From an uncultured Candidatus Saccharimonadales bacterium (GTDB lineage Bacteria > Patescibacteriota > Saccharimonadia > UBA4664), in contig CAYXSN010000009.1 in NCBI GenBank assembly GCA_964467655.1, positions 85 through 64,084 of the forward strand: a stretch of DNA of 64,000 bases. Reading direction: 5' to 3'. A program made the translations under genes and the position numbers. The notes beneath the pieces are model-generated. The model was not told the origin of the DNA. It was given only the letters and a program-made list of their open reading frames with translations, and did no database searches. Below are positions 27,670 to 36,501 of this stretch, in pieces; the stretch's first letter is position 1; each line of letters starts with the position of its first letter.

Positions 27670-28128
27670 TTACCTCAGATGGTTAATGGTCGCGTCAAAG
27701 TCGGTTAGCGGGGTAATCTCCGCTAATAATTGCTGGAGGCGGCGGGTTTTAGTAGAACCCAGCTTATGTTCGATCCGCATGGCCAGATCGTGGTACCGTT
27801 GCCGCACAGCCGCCACCAAATCCTGGCCAGCCGGCGTCGCTCGCACCAATTTGGAGCGCTTGTCCTGACCGGCTGTCCATTCCAGAAAGCCCCGGGTGTG
27901 GAGATCGGTCACGAGCTTAGTCACTCGCGGTTTCGTCACATGGAGAGCTGCGGCGACGTCACGCATTTGCAGGGGTCCAAAAACCGATATAACCTTTAAG
28001 CACCTCATTTCGGCATCGTGCAACAGCTCCGCAGAGCGACTTGGTGGTTCTGCTAGATAGTAGCTTGTCATGACTACTTCAGCCAAAAAATCACTAAGCT
28101 GTGACACTGGTATATCAGGCTTCTTCAT
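27670..28128 (-). CDS. MarR-family transcriptional regulator
   Basis: Winged HTH (...LQMRDVAAALHVTKPRVTKLVTDLHTRGFLEW...). ATG 28128 preferred over the upstream TTG. Confidence 0.8.
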   Translation of the reverse strand: MKKPDIPVSQLSDFLAEVVMTSYYLAEPPSRSAELLHDAEMRCLKVISVFGPLQMRDVAAALHVTKPRVTKLVTDLHTRGFLEWTAGQDKRSKLVRATPAGQDLVAAVRQRYHDLAMRIEHKLGSTKTRRLQQLLAEITPLTDFDATINHLR

Positions 28129-28260
28129 AGCCAATAGTTTACTCTAGTTAACTAAAAATTGCAACCATAAGCGCAAGCTGACGGCCATTTTGACGGCATC
28201 TTCTTGCTCTGGCAGTATCTCCGCATCGTTGAGAGGCTCTTACTGACTGATACCTCTAAT

Positions 28261-28806
28261 CTAATCCTTTGCCTGGCATAATGCCAGCAGTTTCACTGTA
28301 GTATGAGCGTTGCGGATGGTCACAAGATGGTATGCCGGGGTGCCAACCATCCGACTGTAGCGTGTGCGGTTAAAGTTAGCAAAGGTTGTTGTCCAAAAAA
28401 TAATAGGCCCCGCTGCCGCCACCGACTCATATTCAGACTTGGCTTCACCCACAATGTCCATTACCTGAACGGTCGTGGCCGGGGCAATCACAAAAATGGC
28501 ATTGTTTTTGGCTGTCGGATCTTGGTTCCACCAGGTGGGTGCTTGCTCCATGGCAGCCGCAAATTCATCAGCCGAAATCACGGCGCAAGCAATTGGCCAG
28601 CCGAAACGTTGCTCCAGGACAGCTGTCACCTTTTGGACCAAGGCTGCATCAGCTAAGGTAGCAGATTCAAAAATGACGTTTCCGGAATTGATATAGGTTG
28701 ACACTTCGGCAAACCCGGCCCCCTCGAAGCATTGCCTCAGATCGGCCATTGGTACTGCATGCTTACCGCCGACATTGATGCCGCGCAACAGGGCCAGATA
28801 TTTCAT
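28261..28806 (-). CDS. DUF1697-family protein
   Basis: N-terminal LLRGINVGG motif typical of DUF1697. Confidence 0.7.
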   Translation of the reverse strand: MKYLALLRGINVGGKHAVPMADLRQCFEGAGFAEVSTYINSGNVIFESATLADAALVQKVTAVLEQRFGWPIACAVISADEFAAAMEQAPTWWNQDPTAKNNAIFVIAPATTVQVMDIVGEAKSEYESVAAAGPIIFWTTTFANFNRTRYSRMVGTPAYHLVTIRNAHTTVKLLALCQAKD

Positions 28807-29276
28807 GAGGATTGCTGGAGGGTTTTGAGGTCACGCATAATCTGGCTGCCATGGCCCAAAGGCGTCACGCGACCATAGACTTTGACGACCTGGCCGTGAG
28901 GATTGATGATGAACGTTTTGCGTAACGTACCTTCATGGCCAAACATCTTTTTGCCCCAGGCGCCATAGGCATCCATGACCGAATGGCTCGGGTTCGATAA
29001 CAATCGAAAATTAAGGTTATGTTTAGCCGTAAACCGCTCATGACTCGAGCTGTCATCCTGGCTGATCCCTACAATTTCTGCTCCTAAATCTACCAGGTCT
29101 TCGCGGGCGTCACGTAGGCTGCAGGCCTCGACGGTACAGCCGGGAGTGTCGTCTTGGGGGTAAAAATAGAGCACCAGCCATGTACCAGCGTAGTCAGCCA
29201 AGCTGACCATCTGGCCATCGGCGGCTGGCAGTCTAAAGACGGGGGCGGGGTAGGGCAGAACTGTCGTTTCACTCAT
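28803..29276 (-). CDS. bcp: peroxiredoxin Bcp/PrxQ
   Basis: YFYPQDDTPGCTVEAC peroxidatic and resolving cysteine motif. Confidence 0.85.
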   Translation of the reverse strand: MSETTVLPYPAPVFRLPAADGQMVSLADYAGTWLVLYFYPQDDTPGCTVEACSLRDAREDLVDLGAEIVGISQDDSSSHERFTAKHNLNFRLLSNPSHSVMDAYGAWGKKMFGHEGTLRKTFIINPHGQVVKVYGRVTPLGHGSQIMRDLKTLQQSS

Positions 29277-29305
29277 AATGGTACCTCTTCAGGTAAGTAT
29301 AACAG

Positions 29306-30019
29306 TTATAATTCAACGTAGCCTTCGTAGTAGTCAAAGATAATATCAGCTGATCCCACTCCGGACTGGTGCAACCCGTCACCCATGGCCGACACAAAGT
29401 ACTGGGTGCCAGACAAGTAAAACAGGGCATTCTGGGGCGCTAAGCGGATCACCTCAACGGCCGTCAGCCACGTCGGCCGCACCACGTCATGCCGGCTGCC
29501 AACCAACCCTTTATACGCAAAATCATCGAGCAGTGCCCTTTCCTCAGGTCGCCGCGCCCACCACACCGACACGTCGCGGCTTGCATGGCCCCCCTGTCGG
29601 CCGATTTCCGCCAAAGGGCTCAAAGCCGAAGCAATTCCAATGCCCTGGGCAACAAACACCAAGGGCTTATCAATATCCGCCGGCAGTACGGCAAAGCCAA
29701 TCGGCTCAGTCATGGCCGCCGGCGCGCCAGGTTCCAGAGCCATGAGCGCCCGCTTGTACAGGCTGCCAGGTTTCTCGAAGCGCATCATAAATCGCAAATC
29801 TCGTTCCGTGGGATGCGACACCAAGGTAAACGTCCGCGACTCAATGTGGGTTTGCTTGCCACCAGCGTCGGGTACTGCCACTTCAAAATCGGCGTACTGG
29901 CCAGGGGTAAATTCCACTCGCTGTTCAGGCCGCCAGCAAAACTCCCACACTCCGGGCACGAGCTCAATCTTTTGCACAAACGTCACAGCAATCGGCGCCT
30001 TCAAGCCTTCCCCCTTCAT
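29306..30019 (-). CDS. FNR-like FAD/NAD(P)-binding oxidoreductase (siderophore-interacting / ferredoxin-reductase fold)
   Basis: RTFTLVS (the RxYS FAD motif) and VFVAQGIGIASALSPL (NAD(P)-binding motif). Confidence 0.6.
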   Translation of the reverse strand: MKGEGLKAPIAVTFVQKIELVPGVWEFCWRPEQRVEFTPGQYADFEVAVPDAGGKQTHIESRTFTLVSHPTERDLRFMMRFEKPGSLYKRALMALEPGAPAAMTEPIGFAVLPADIDKPLVFVAQGIGIASALSPLAEIGRQGGHASRDVSVWWARRPEERALLDDFAYKGLVGSRHDVVRPTWLTAVEVIRLAPQNALFYLSGTQYFVSAMGDGLHQSGVGSADIIFDYYEGYVEL

Positions 30020-30023
30020 TGCT

Positions 30024-30770
30024 TCAAGCTGAGGTTAAAGCCAGTATTACCCGTTTGATCAAAGCCTGAGGCAGCGGCTTGTCGAGCCCGAACCACAGTG
30101 TCCCCTTACCCTTCACGTACGGCTTCAGCTCGGCCGCCAAGGCCTCATCATGGGGTACCGGGTAAATCGCCAGGTGGTCATTCCAGCCCGAGATAAACAC
30201 CCGTGCCCGCTTGTCATCAATTTTGTAACCCAAAATGCCGTAGCTCACCAATTCCCGCGCTCCCGGCAGCAACTCTTTCACCAGGTTCCGCAATTCATCA
30301 AACTGCGGCCGGGTTGCCTCGGGCACTTGCGCCACGTAGTCTTCAACGGTTACAGCCTTGCCGGCTGGCCCGGTACCCCGACGGTAAATGTCCTCGAGAA
30401 TTTCCCGCAAAATTCCCAAATCGGCATCAGCTAAGTTATTCAGATATAAGCAACCCACCCCAGTTTTGTGTTTGCCCAACCGTGCCAGCTGCTGGCCATA
30501 CCGGTCAAAACCACCCTGGATATACAAGGTGACAGCTGCTTTGCGCGGGCTAAACGCCAATTGTGGCATATCGCCCTCGCGGCCGCTTTCATATTTGTAA
30601 TGGTACGAACCAAAACCAATAATGCTCGGTCCCCACATCTTGGGCGCCAAACTACTTATGTCCTGCATAATTTCCATGAGTTGGTGCGCCTCGGTCCGTC
30701 GCTGAGGACTCACCCCCTCCAGAAATTGGTCAACAGATACTGTCGTTGGTTGGGTTGTATGCTCTGCCAT
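30024..30770 (-). CDS. tandem DUF1801 (YdhG-like) domain protein
   Basis: Two repeats of the YdhG-like pattern (...WGPSIIGFGSYHYKY... and ...YGILGYKIDDKRA...). Confidence 0.55.
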   Translation of the reverse strand: MAEHTTQPTTVSVDQFLEGVSPQRRTEAHQLMEIMQDISSLAPKMWGPSIIGFGSYHYKYESGREGDMPQLAFSPRKAAVTLYIQGGFDRYGQQLARLGKHKTGVGCLYLNNLADADLGILREILEDIYRRGTGPAGKAVTVEDYVAQVPEATRPQFDELRNLVKELLPGARELVSYGILGYKIDDKRARVFISGWNDHLAIYPVPHDEALAAELKPYVKGKGTLWFGLDKPLPQALIKRVILALTSA

Positions 30771-30863
30771 TATTGGCGATTATAACTGATTTTTAGCCCC
30801 AATTTACTGCTACAATGGTCAGACCATTGCTCAACGACCATTAACTAAAATTTGGAGGCCACA

Positions 30864-31295
30864 ATGGCAGTCAAACTTAATTCCTACATTGGCTTTAACG
30901 GCGAAGCCAAAAGCGCCATGGAGTTCTACAAATCGGTCTTCGGCGGCGAAGTGTATTCAGATACGTTTGGCGCCTTCAAGGACAAAGGTGGTATGCCGGT
31001 AGCCGATGAAGATACCGACAAAATCATGCACGCCTACCTCAAAGGCGACCACGGCATCGAACTCATGGCTGCAGACGCCCCCACAGGTATGCCCCTCGAT
31101 AGTGGTTCACAAATGAGCCTGTCGCTCAGCGGCGATGATGAAGCGCTATTGCGTGGCTACTGGGACAAACTCAGTGAAGGCGGCCATGTCACCATGCCGT
31201 TAGACAAAGCTCCCTGGGGCGATACCTTTGGCATGCTCACCGACCAGTTCGGCATGAAGTGGATGGTGAACATCGGACCGGTCCAGAATGGCTAA
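30864..31295 (+). CDS. VOC/glyoxalase-family protein (PhnB-like)
   Basis: PhnB-like start (LNSYIGFNGEAKSAMEFYKSVFG) and end (GDTFGMLTDQFGMKWMVN). GGAGG ribosome-binding site before ATG 30864. Confidence 0.75.
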   Translation: MAVKLNSYIGFNGEAKSAMEFYKSVFGGEVYSDTFGAFKDKGGMPVADEDTDKIMHAYLKGDHGIELMAADAPTGMPLDSGSQMSLSLSGDDEALLRGYWDKLSEGGHVTMPLDKAPWGDTFGMLTDQFGMKWMVNIGPVQNG

Positions 31296-31560
31296 GCAAT
31301 GCCAAAGTTGCGGCATGCCCCTCCAAACCAAAAAAGCCGGTGATTGCCGCGGCACCGAGGCCGGCGGTGCAAAAAGTGAAAAATGGTGCAAACTCTGCTA
31401 TGTAGACGGCCAGTTCATCGGGCCGGATTGCACCCTAGCTGATATGAGAAAAATTGTCGACGATGCCCTCAAAGAGCAGGGGAGTGGCCGTCTCATGCGC
31501 TGGCTGGCCCAGCAGCAACTACCCCACCTCGAGCGATGGAAGGCGCAAAAGCGCTCATGA
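31288..31560 (+). CDS. putative zinc-ribbon domain protein
   Basis: CxxCG...CKLCY four-Cys pattern (MAKQCQSCGMPL...WCKLCYVDGQF). Confidence 0.5.
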   Translation: MAKQCQSCGMPLQTKKAGDCRGTEAGGAKSEKWCKLCYVDGQFIGPDCTLADMRKIVDDALKEQGSGRLMRWLAQQQLPHLERWKAQKRS

Positions 31561-31946
31561 ACGAAGCCATCAAAGCCTACAACCATACCCAAACACCCTC
31601 AGACCAAGCCATCTGCGACTCGCTGGCCGATCAGATTAACCAAGCCCTGCCCCAGGCTGAATCCAAGATCTGGCATGGCTCACCCGTTTGGTTCCTGGAT
31701 GGCAATCCGGTTGTCGGCTACGCGGTCAGAAAGCAAGACGTGCAGCTGTTATTTTGGAGCGGCCAGTCGTTCGACGAACCCGGTCTCAAGATCTCGGGCA
31801 GCTTCAAAGCCGCCCAAGCCCTCTACGCCGATGTAACCCAAATCAACTCAGCCGACCTCAAGCGTTGGCTCCACAAAGCCGAAACCATCCAATGGGATTA
31901 CAAAAACATCGTCAAGCGCCGCGGCGTGCTCGAGCGATTAAAGTAA
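31557..31946 (+). CDS. DUF1801 (YdhG-like) domain protein
   Basis: Coupled ATGA start with the upstream stop. ...WHGSPVWFLDGNPVVGYAVRKQ... matches the family. Confidence 0.55.
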   Translation: MNEAIKAYNHTQTPSDQAICDSLADQINQALPQAESKIWHGSPVWFLDGNPVVGYAVRKQDVQLLFWSGQSFDEPGLKISGSFKAAQALYADVTQINSADLKRWLHKAETIQWDYKNIVKRRGVLERLK

Positions 31947-32010
31947 CTCCTGCGCTATCTAAGCCCTGACGCGCTAGCTGCCCAGCCGTCACCAACGTAT
32001 ACTGGTAACC

Positions 32011-32403
32011 ATGGATACTCGTAGTTGGTATGAAGCACTCGCTAAGCCGTCATGGGCGCCTGAGGTGGCGGTTTTTGGCCGGGTGTGGACTGCCATTTAC
32101 CCTATCATTTTTGCCGTCAACATCTACGTATTGGCTAGATTTCTCGGAGGCAAGCTACCGCTGGCCGCTGCCCTACCGTTTTGGCTCAACCTGGCGGCCA
32201 ACTTTGCCTTCACGCCCGTCCAGTTTGGCCTCAGAAACCAGCTCCTCTCGTTGCTCGTCATCGTGCTCGTGGAAGTCACCATCATCTGGAGCATGGTAGC
32301 CATCTGGCCGTACCACAAATGGGTGGCCTTGGCATATGTGCCGTACCTGGTATGGGTATCAATCGCCACTGCCCTGCAATATCAAATATGGCGCCTGAAC
32401 TAG
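32011..32403 (+). CDS. tspO: TspO/MBR tryptophan-rich sensory protein
   Basis: Five TM helices and W/Y-rich family motifs (WYEALAKPSWAP..., WSIATALQYQIWRLN). Confidence 0.8.
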   Translation: MDTRSWYEALAKPSWAPEVAVFGRVWTAIYPIIFAVNIYVLARFLGGKLPLAAALPFWLNLAANFAFTPVQFGLRNQLLSLLVIVLVEVTIIWSMVAIWPYHKWVALAYVPYLVWVSIATALQYQIWRLN

Positions 32404-32411
32404 CTAGCCCC

Positions 32412-32750
32412 ATGACAGAACCAGAACGAAAATTTTGCTACCTCTGGCTAACTTGCAGCAAAGGCGAAGAACGCCAAATCGCTCAAAGACTGCTCGCCAA
32501 ACATCTCATCAGTTGCGCCAAATTCGTAGCCGTGAGCTCCATGTATTGGTGGCAGCACGAGATCGAATCAGCTGATGAAATAGCCATAATCATGGAATCA
32601 GCCGAAGACCTGTTTGACGAAATCGAAGCCGAGGTCGCCACAATCCATAGCTACGACACCTTCGTGCTGCAACTTCTGCCCGTCGCTCGCATCAATCGGT
32701 CCGCCGCCAAGTGGATGAACGAAAGCCTAAAGGCGCCTTCTCGCCGCTAA
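32412..32750 (+). CDS. cutA: divalent-cation tolerance protein CutA
   Basis: The pattern YLWLTCSKGEERQIAQRLLAKHLISCAKFVAVSSMYWWQHEIESADEIAIIMESAEDLFDEIEAEVATIHSYDTFVLQLLPVA matches CutA1. Start placed after the tspO stop. Confidence 0.75.
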   Translation: MTEPERKFCYLWLTCSKGEERQIAQRLLAKHLISCAKFVAVSSMYWWQHEIESADEIAIIMESAEDLFDEIEAEVATIHSYDTFVLQLLPVARINRSAAKWMNESLKAPSRR

Positions 32751-32771
32751 CGCATGAGGTAAAATAGCCCC

Positions 32772-33080
32772 ATGACCAAAGTTACCCTCTCCGAAGGCAC
32801 CGTCCACCAGCTCCCCGACGACTTGCGCCGGGCCCTTGCGGCCGCGCCGGGCGCCATTGCCGCCTGGGAGAGTCTCACGCCCCTGGCTCGCAACGAGTGG
32901 ATCTGCTGGAACACCGAAGTCAAGCAGGAAGCCGCCCGACGCAACCACATCCAGCGTACCGTCACCGAACTCCAGGAGGGCAAGCGCCGCCCGTGCTGTT
33001 GGATTGGCTGCATTCACCGCACCGACAAGGCCATCAGCCCGTCCGTTGCCGGCATATTGGCCAAGCGGGCCAAGGCCTAA
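32772..33080 (+). CDS. YdeI/OmpD-associated family protein
   Basis: The pattern LPDDLRRALAAAPGAIAAWESLTPLARNEWICWNTEVKQEAARRNHIQRTV matches the family. Confidence 0.6.
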   Translation: MTKVTLSEGTVHQLPDDLRRALAAAPGAIAAWESLTPLARNEWICWNTEVKQEAARRNHIQRTVTELQEGKRRPCCWIGCIHRTDKAISPSVAGILAKRAKA

Positions 33081-33211
33081 GCTAGGCTAAGCACTCCTCA
33101 GCCAGCTCCGGAAACGCGCATTTGATAATCGGAAAAAATTATTATATAATTTGCGGCGCTGAGGATTCCTCGCACATCCTGTCCATCCGTACCTCGAGAA
33201 CGGAGCCCGTC

Positions 33212-34693
33212 ATGGCCCCACAACAAACAAGCTGGCCGCGACAAGCAGCTACCAAGATTGGCCAATGGGGCGACTCAGTTCGGCAAACCCCCGACCGGCC
33301 CTACACCACAGACCGCTGGGTTACGCGGGTCTATCACTGGGTCGAGCGCCAGCGCGGCCAACGCTTCAAGCCTGAGGGCGTCCGCGATAGCCGCTGCCAC
33401 ATCGGCGAAGTCGTGATGTTCCAGGCTCCGTACTGGGCTATCCGCCGCTTCATGGCTCTCGGGCCGAGCTACAGTGGCACCGTGCTGCGGCGCAGTTTCG
33501 ACAACGTCAAGATCCCGGTGCCACCACTAGTGCTGCTGGCCGGCCTCATCGGCTTGAGCATCTGGCTATTTGAGCTGGCCGCGGTCTGGGTGTTGGCAGT
33601 TGCCTTCAACCTGCTGTACATGGCCCTAGCCGCTACCGTGGTACACGATTTGTACGCCACGCTAGCCGAAAAGCCGGATGAGACCAAGTTCTGGTCGGCT
33701 TTCCGCGACGCAGAAGACACCTATTCGAGCGGGCCGCTCACCCTGCTGTTCTTCGTGGGGATCGTCGAAGTCATCGCGCTCGGGTTGGTGGTCATGCTCG
33801 TCGCGGCATGCCTGATCACGATCCTCTGGATCGTCGATGAAATCGGTGTGGGCCGGGGTCTGAAACGCCTCCTCACGTGGCATCCAGCCACGCGGGGGCT
33901 GCGTTGGCTCAGCACCTGGTTCATGCTGCTGCTCGCCAGCCTTGCCTATGCTCAGGTAAGTTGGATCGGCTTGAGTTTCTGGGTCCGGATATGGCATAAC
34001 GTCATCGACTGGCTGGCGGCCAGTTGGCAGATCACGCTCTTGCGGGTAGCGCTCGGCGGAATCGTGGTTGTATCGATCATCGCCCTGGTGATAGCGGTCC
34101 GTGCCATTGTCGAAGCCATCGAGCGCCGGTACCAAGCCGCGACAGCCATCAACGCGCAGGTCTCCGACCAGCATTCGGCCAGCCAGCCGCTCACCGCCGT
34201 TGACCGTGGTCTACTTGGCTTCGCCGGTGCAGCCAAATGGTCCGGCCGAGTTCTGCTTGGCGTGCTGGACTTCTTCGTCCTGCTCTGGACGGCCCTCACG
34301 GCCGCCAAGAAGACGATTTGTCCACTCATTGAGGTCGAGCCTGACCCGATCCCCTTGGCACTCCAGCCATCGGGCACAACCGAACCGGCCGAGGAGCCAG
34401 CCGAAAGCCACGAGTCGGACGACCAAGTCACTGAACATCGGTATGCGGTAGTCGTCTACCACGATCACGGCACCATCGACCAAACGTTCGACTGGACGGC
34501 AGCCAGCCGGCCTGGGGACACCATGAGTTCGATCATGACCCGTCTCGTCCAGGATAAGTCCGCCAACCTGCCGGAAGATTGGTATCTGGACCGGGTCATC
34601 CACCTGATTCGCCTGACCGAGCACGTCGGCACCATTTGGAGGTGGGAAGGCAGACAACCTGTACCAACGGTTTTGCCCGTACCGGCAAACTGA
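33212..34693 (+). CDS. polytopic membrane protein with acidic C-terminal cytoplasmic domain, hypothetical
   Basis: At least 8 TM helices. Start moved to ATG 33212 (GGAG ribosome-binding site) because a TATATAAT -10-like box lies inside the longer ORF. Confidence 0.45.
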   Translation: MAPQQTSWPRQAATKIGQWGDSVRQTPDRPYTTDRWVTRVYHWVERQRGQRFKPEGVRDSRCHIGEVVMFQAPYWAIRRFMALGPSYSGTVLRRSFDNVKIPVPPLVLLAGLIGLSIWLFELAAVWVLAVAFNLLYMALAATVVHDLYATLAEKPDETKFWSAFRDAEDTYSSGPLTLLFFVGIVEVIALGLVVMLVAACLITILWIVDEIGVGRGLKRLLTWHPATRGLRWLSTWFMLLLASLAYAQVSWIGLSFWVRIWHNVIDWLAASWQITLLRVALGGIVVVSIIALVIAVRAIVEAIERRYQAATAINAQVSDQHSASQPLTAVDRGLLGFAGAAKWSGRVLLGVLDFFVLLWTALTAAKKTICPLIEVEPDPIPLALQPSGTTEPAEEPAESHESDDQVTEHRYAVVVYHDHGTIDQTFDWTAASRPGDTMSSIMTRLVQDKSANLPEDWYLDRVIHLIRLTEHVGTIWRWEGRQPVPTVLPVPAN

Positions 34694-34706
34694 AACGCGA
34701 CCAACT

Positions 34707-34778
34707 CGCCCCGTAAGGGCGGCACAGACGTTTCGTGAGAAACGGGGCCGTTCTTACGGGGCGTCTGTGCGTTTCGGC
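34707..34778. terminator. structured GC-rich element between convergent genes (candidate bidirectional terminator with alternative pairings)
   Basis: Inverted repeats cgccccgtaag/cttacggggcg and gcacagacg/cgtctgtgc are arranged A-B-A'-B', so they cannot nest. There is also a cgtttc-GTGA-gaaacg hairpin (GNRA loop) and a duplicated gtttcg. Confidence 0.35.
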
Positions 34779-34921
34779 TGATTAGCCTTAAATGTCTTCT
34801 CCACTATCAGGCTAAACTCAACTTCAGCATCAGGAAATCCGCACCCCTCGTTACGTAGGCAAAAGCAAGCAACATGTTCCTGGCTCCGCGTAGTGAACGA
34901 TGTTAGAACTGCAATTAATGC

Positions 34922-36112
34922 TTAAAGCTTAGGTTTATCTAGTGCTTGAACTCCTAAAAAGCTCTCTTTGCGGAGCGCCTCTATTACTCCGCGCAAAAGA
35001 TAGCTATTTGCAAACGCCAATACATACGACCTACCCTTATCCGATATCCTACTACGCGAGTCGAGAGGCAGTAGTAAGCCAGCATCCTTAAGTTTCCTGA
35101 TCTCTCTTGATCTACCAGCTGAGACCTGTTTGGGCATTAAATGGTGAATATCACCAGCATTAATAACCATTTTCTTTGCGGCTATTTCGAGAATGTCGGC
35201 CTGTAGAGCGCCTAGGCTCTTATTATTTCTGCATGTGGTTATTGCAGGGATAAGAATTCGATTTACTAAATAATTCATATCAAGTAAGTTATCAATCTTA
35301 TTGATTTCCTCTAACAGCCCAGACAGAACGTAACCGGACCATTCAAGGATTCCGCCAACGTCGCCCTTATCCGCCAGAGCGAGCATTGAATAGTATTTAT
35401 CACGATCAATGCAAAAAATTGCGGTTGGGTTGAGGATTCGCCCCTCGGATACATTAAATCCTTGCTTTATAAGCATTGCATATGTTAGAAGCCGAACTAC
35501 ACGGCCATTCCCATTACCAAAGGGATGGATCCAAGCAAAACGATGATGGCTGATTGCCGTATTTAAAAGCAGATACTGCTTATCTAAGGAGGCATTTATA
35601 AAGTTAACCAGCTCATCCATATAGCTTTGAACCTGTATATGGGATGGGGGGCGATGCTCTGCGTGCTTGATGCTCACATCATGACCCCTATATTGCCCTG
35701 GCGTTCTATCGCCTTCACCTTCCGGGTATGGCTTTAGATCGGAAACAACAATTTTATGAAGCTCACGGATAAAAGCGTGATCAAGCGTAGATCCGGGCCG
35801 AATATTCTCGTCCACAAAGTCCATCGCCTTTTCCATGTTTTCGATTTCTTTTGAGGACTCATCCTTAGGAGTCGACCCTTCAATTTTTTGTTCCACAATC
35901 TCCGAGAGGGTAGTATTGTTGCCTTCAATCCGGACCGAGCCAAGACTTTCTAGTAGCTGAAAGATTTCCTTAAGCTGGAAGAACACAGCGGGGTGAACGC
36001 CGCCGCCAAGCCTCTTATTTCGTAAGGAATCCAACTCGATGATTGTTGACGTAAGACTTGAACCAAATCCGGGATCAACCAGACGAAGATCATGATGGTT
36101 AAATGTAGACAC
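34922..36112 (-). CDS. fic: Fic-family protein (AMPylase fold), class II with N-terminal inhibitory motif
   Basis: Fic motif HPFGNGNGRVVRLL. N-terminal SVRIEG fits the (S/T)xxxE(G/N) inhibitory-helix motif. AT-rich gene. Confidence 0.85.
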   Translation of the reverse strand: MSTFNHHDLRLVDPGFGSSLTSTIIELDSLRNKRLGGGVHPAVFFQLKEIFQLLESLGSVRIEGNNTTLSEIVEQKIEGSTPKDESSKEIENMEKAMDFVDENIRPGSTLDHAFIRELHKIVVSDLKPYPEGEGDRTPGQYRGHDVSIKHAEHRPPSHIQVQSYMDELVNFINASLDKQYLLLNTAISHHRFAWIHPFGNGNGRVVRLLTYAMLIKQGFNVSEGRILNPTAIFCIDRDKYYSMLALADKGDVGGILEWSGYVLSGLLEEINKIDNLLDMNYLVNRILIPAITTCRNNKSLGALQADILEIAAKKMVINAGDIHHLMPKQVSAGRSREIRKLKDAGLLLPLDSRSRISDKGRSYVLAFANSYLLRGVIEALRKESFLGVQALDKPKL

Positions 36113-36159
36113 GTTTAGTAGCGATTCTTATTTACTCAATGGTAGCATACTATTTGTAG

Positions 36160-36311
36160 TAACACAAGTTGTTTAATTAACAAATAGAATGAAGATTGAT
36201 TAACAAAATAAGATACAGAATATGGATTATTATTATCAATAACGAGAGATTGTAATTAACAATCCAGAAATACTACAATAACCATGTAGATAAATTGCTG
36301 TTAATTAGAAC
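36160..36311. promoter_or_regulatory. AT-rich fic upstream region with 3-4 copies of a TTAATTAACAA-like motif
   Basis: Copies at ~36164 (TTAATTAACAA), ~36188 (GATTAACAAAA), ~36252 (GTAATTAACAAT) and ~36297 (GTTAATTAGAA), spaced 25-65 bp apart. Confidence 0.3.
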
Positions 36312-36321
36312 GAATAAAAGT

Positions 36322-36356
36322 AAATAAAAAAATGAGACCTAAACAGTCTCATTTTT
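36322..36356 (-). terminator. rho-independent terminator downstream of the TPR gene
   Basis: ATGAGAC-ctaaaca-GTCTCAT hairpin flanked by an A-run and a T-run. On the minus strand it reads as a hairpin followed by TTTTTTT. Confidence 0.6.
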
Positions 36357-36501
36357 AAACATAAGTTCTTTGGCTCCCCATCCATGATTCAATCAGGAAC
36401 CTGTCGTTTGAGTATCAAGTCGACGATAGCTACCTTAAAGATTTGATGCGACGGCTTGGGTTGACGCGGGGCAAACTTGCGCGCCCCGCGCCACAGGCGA
36501 T

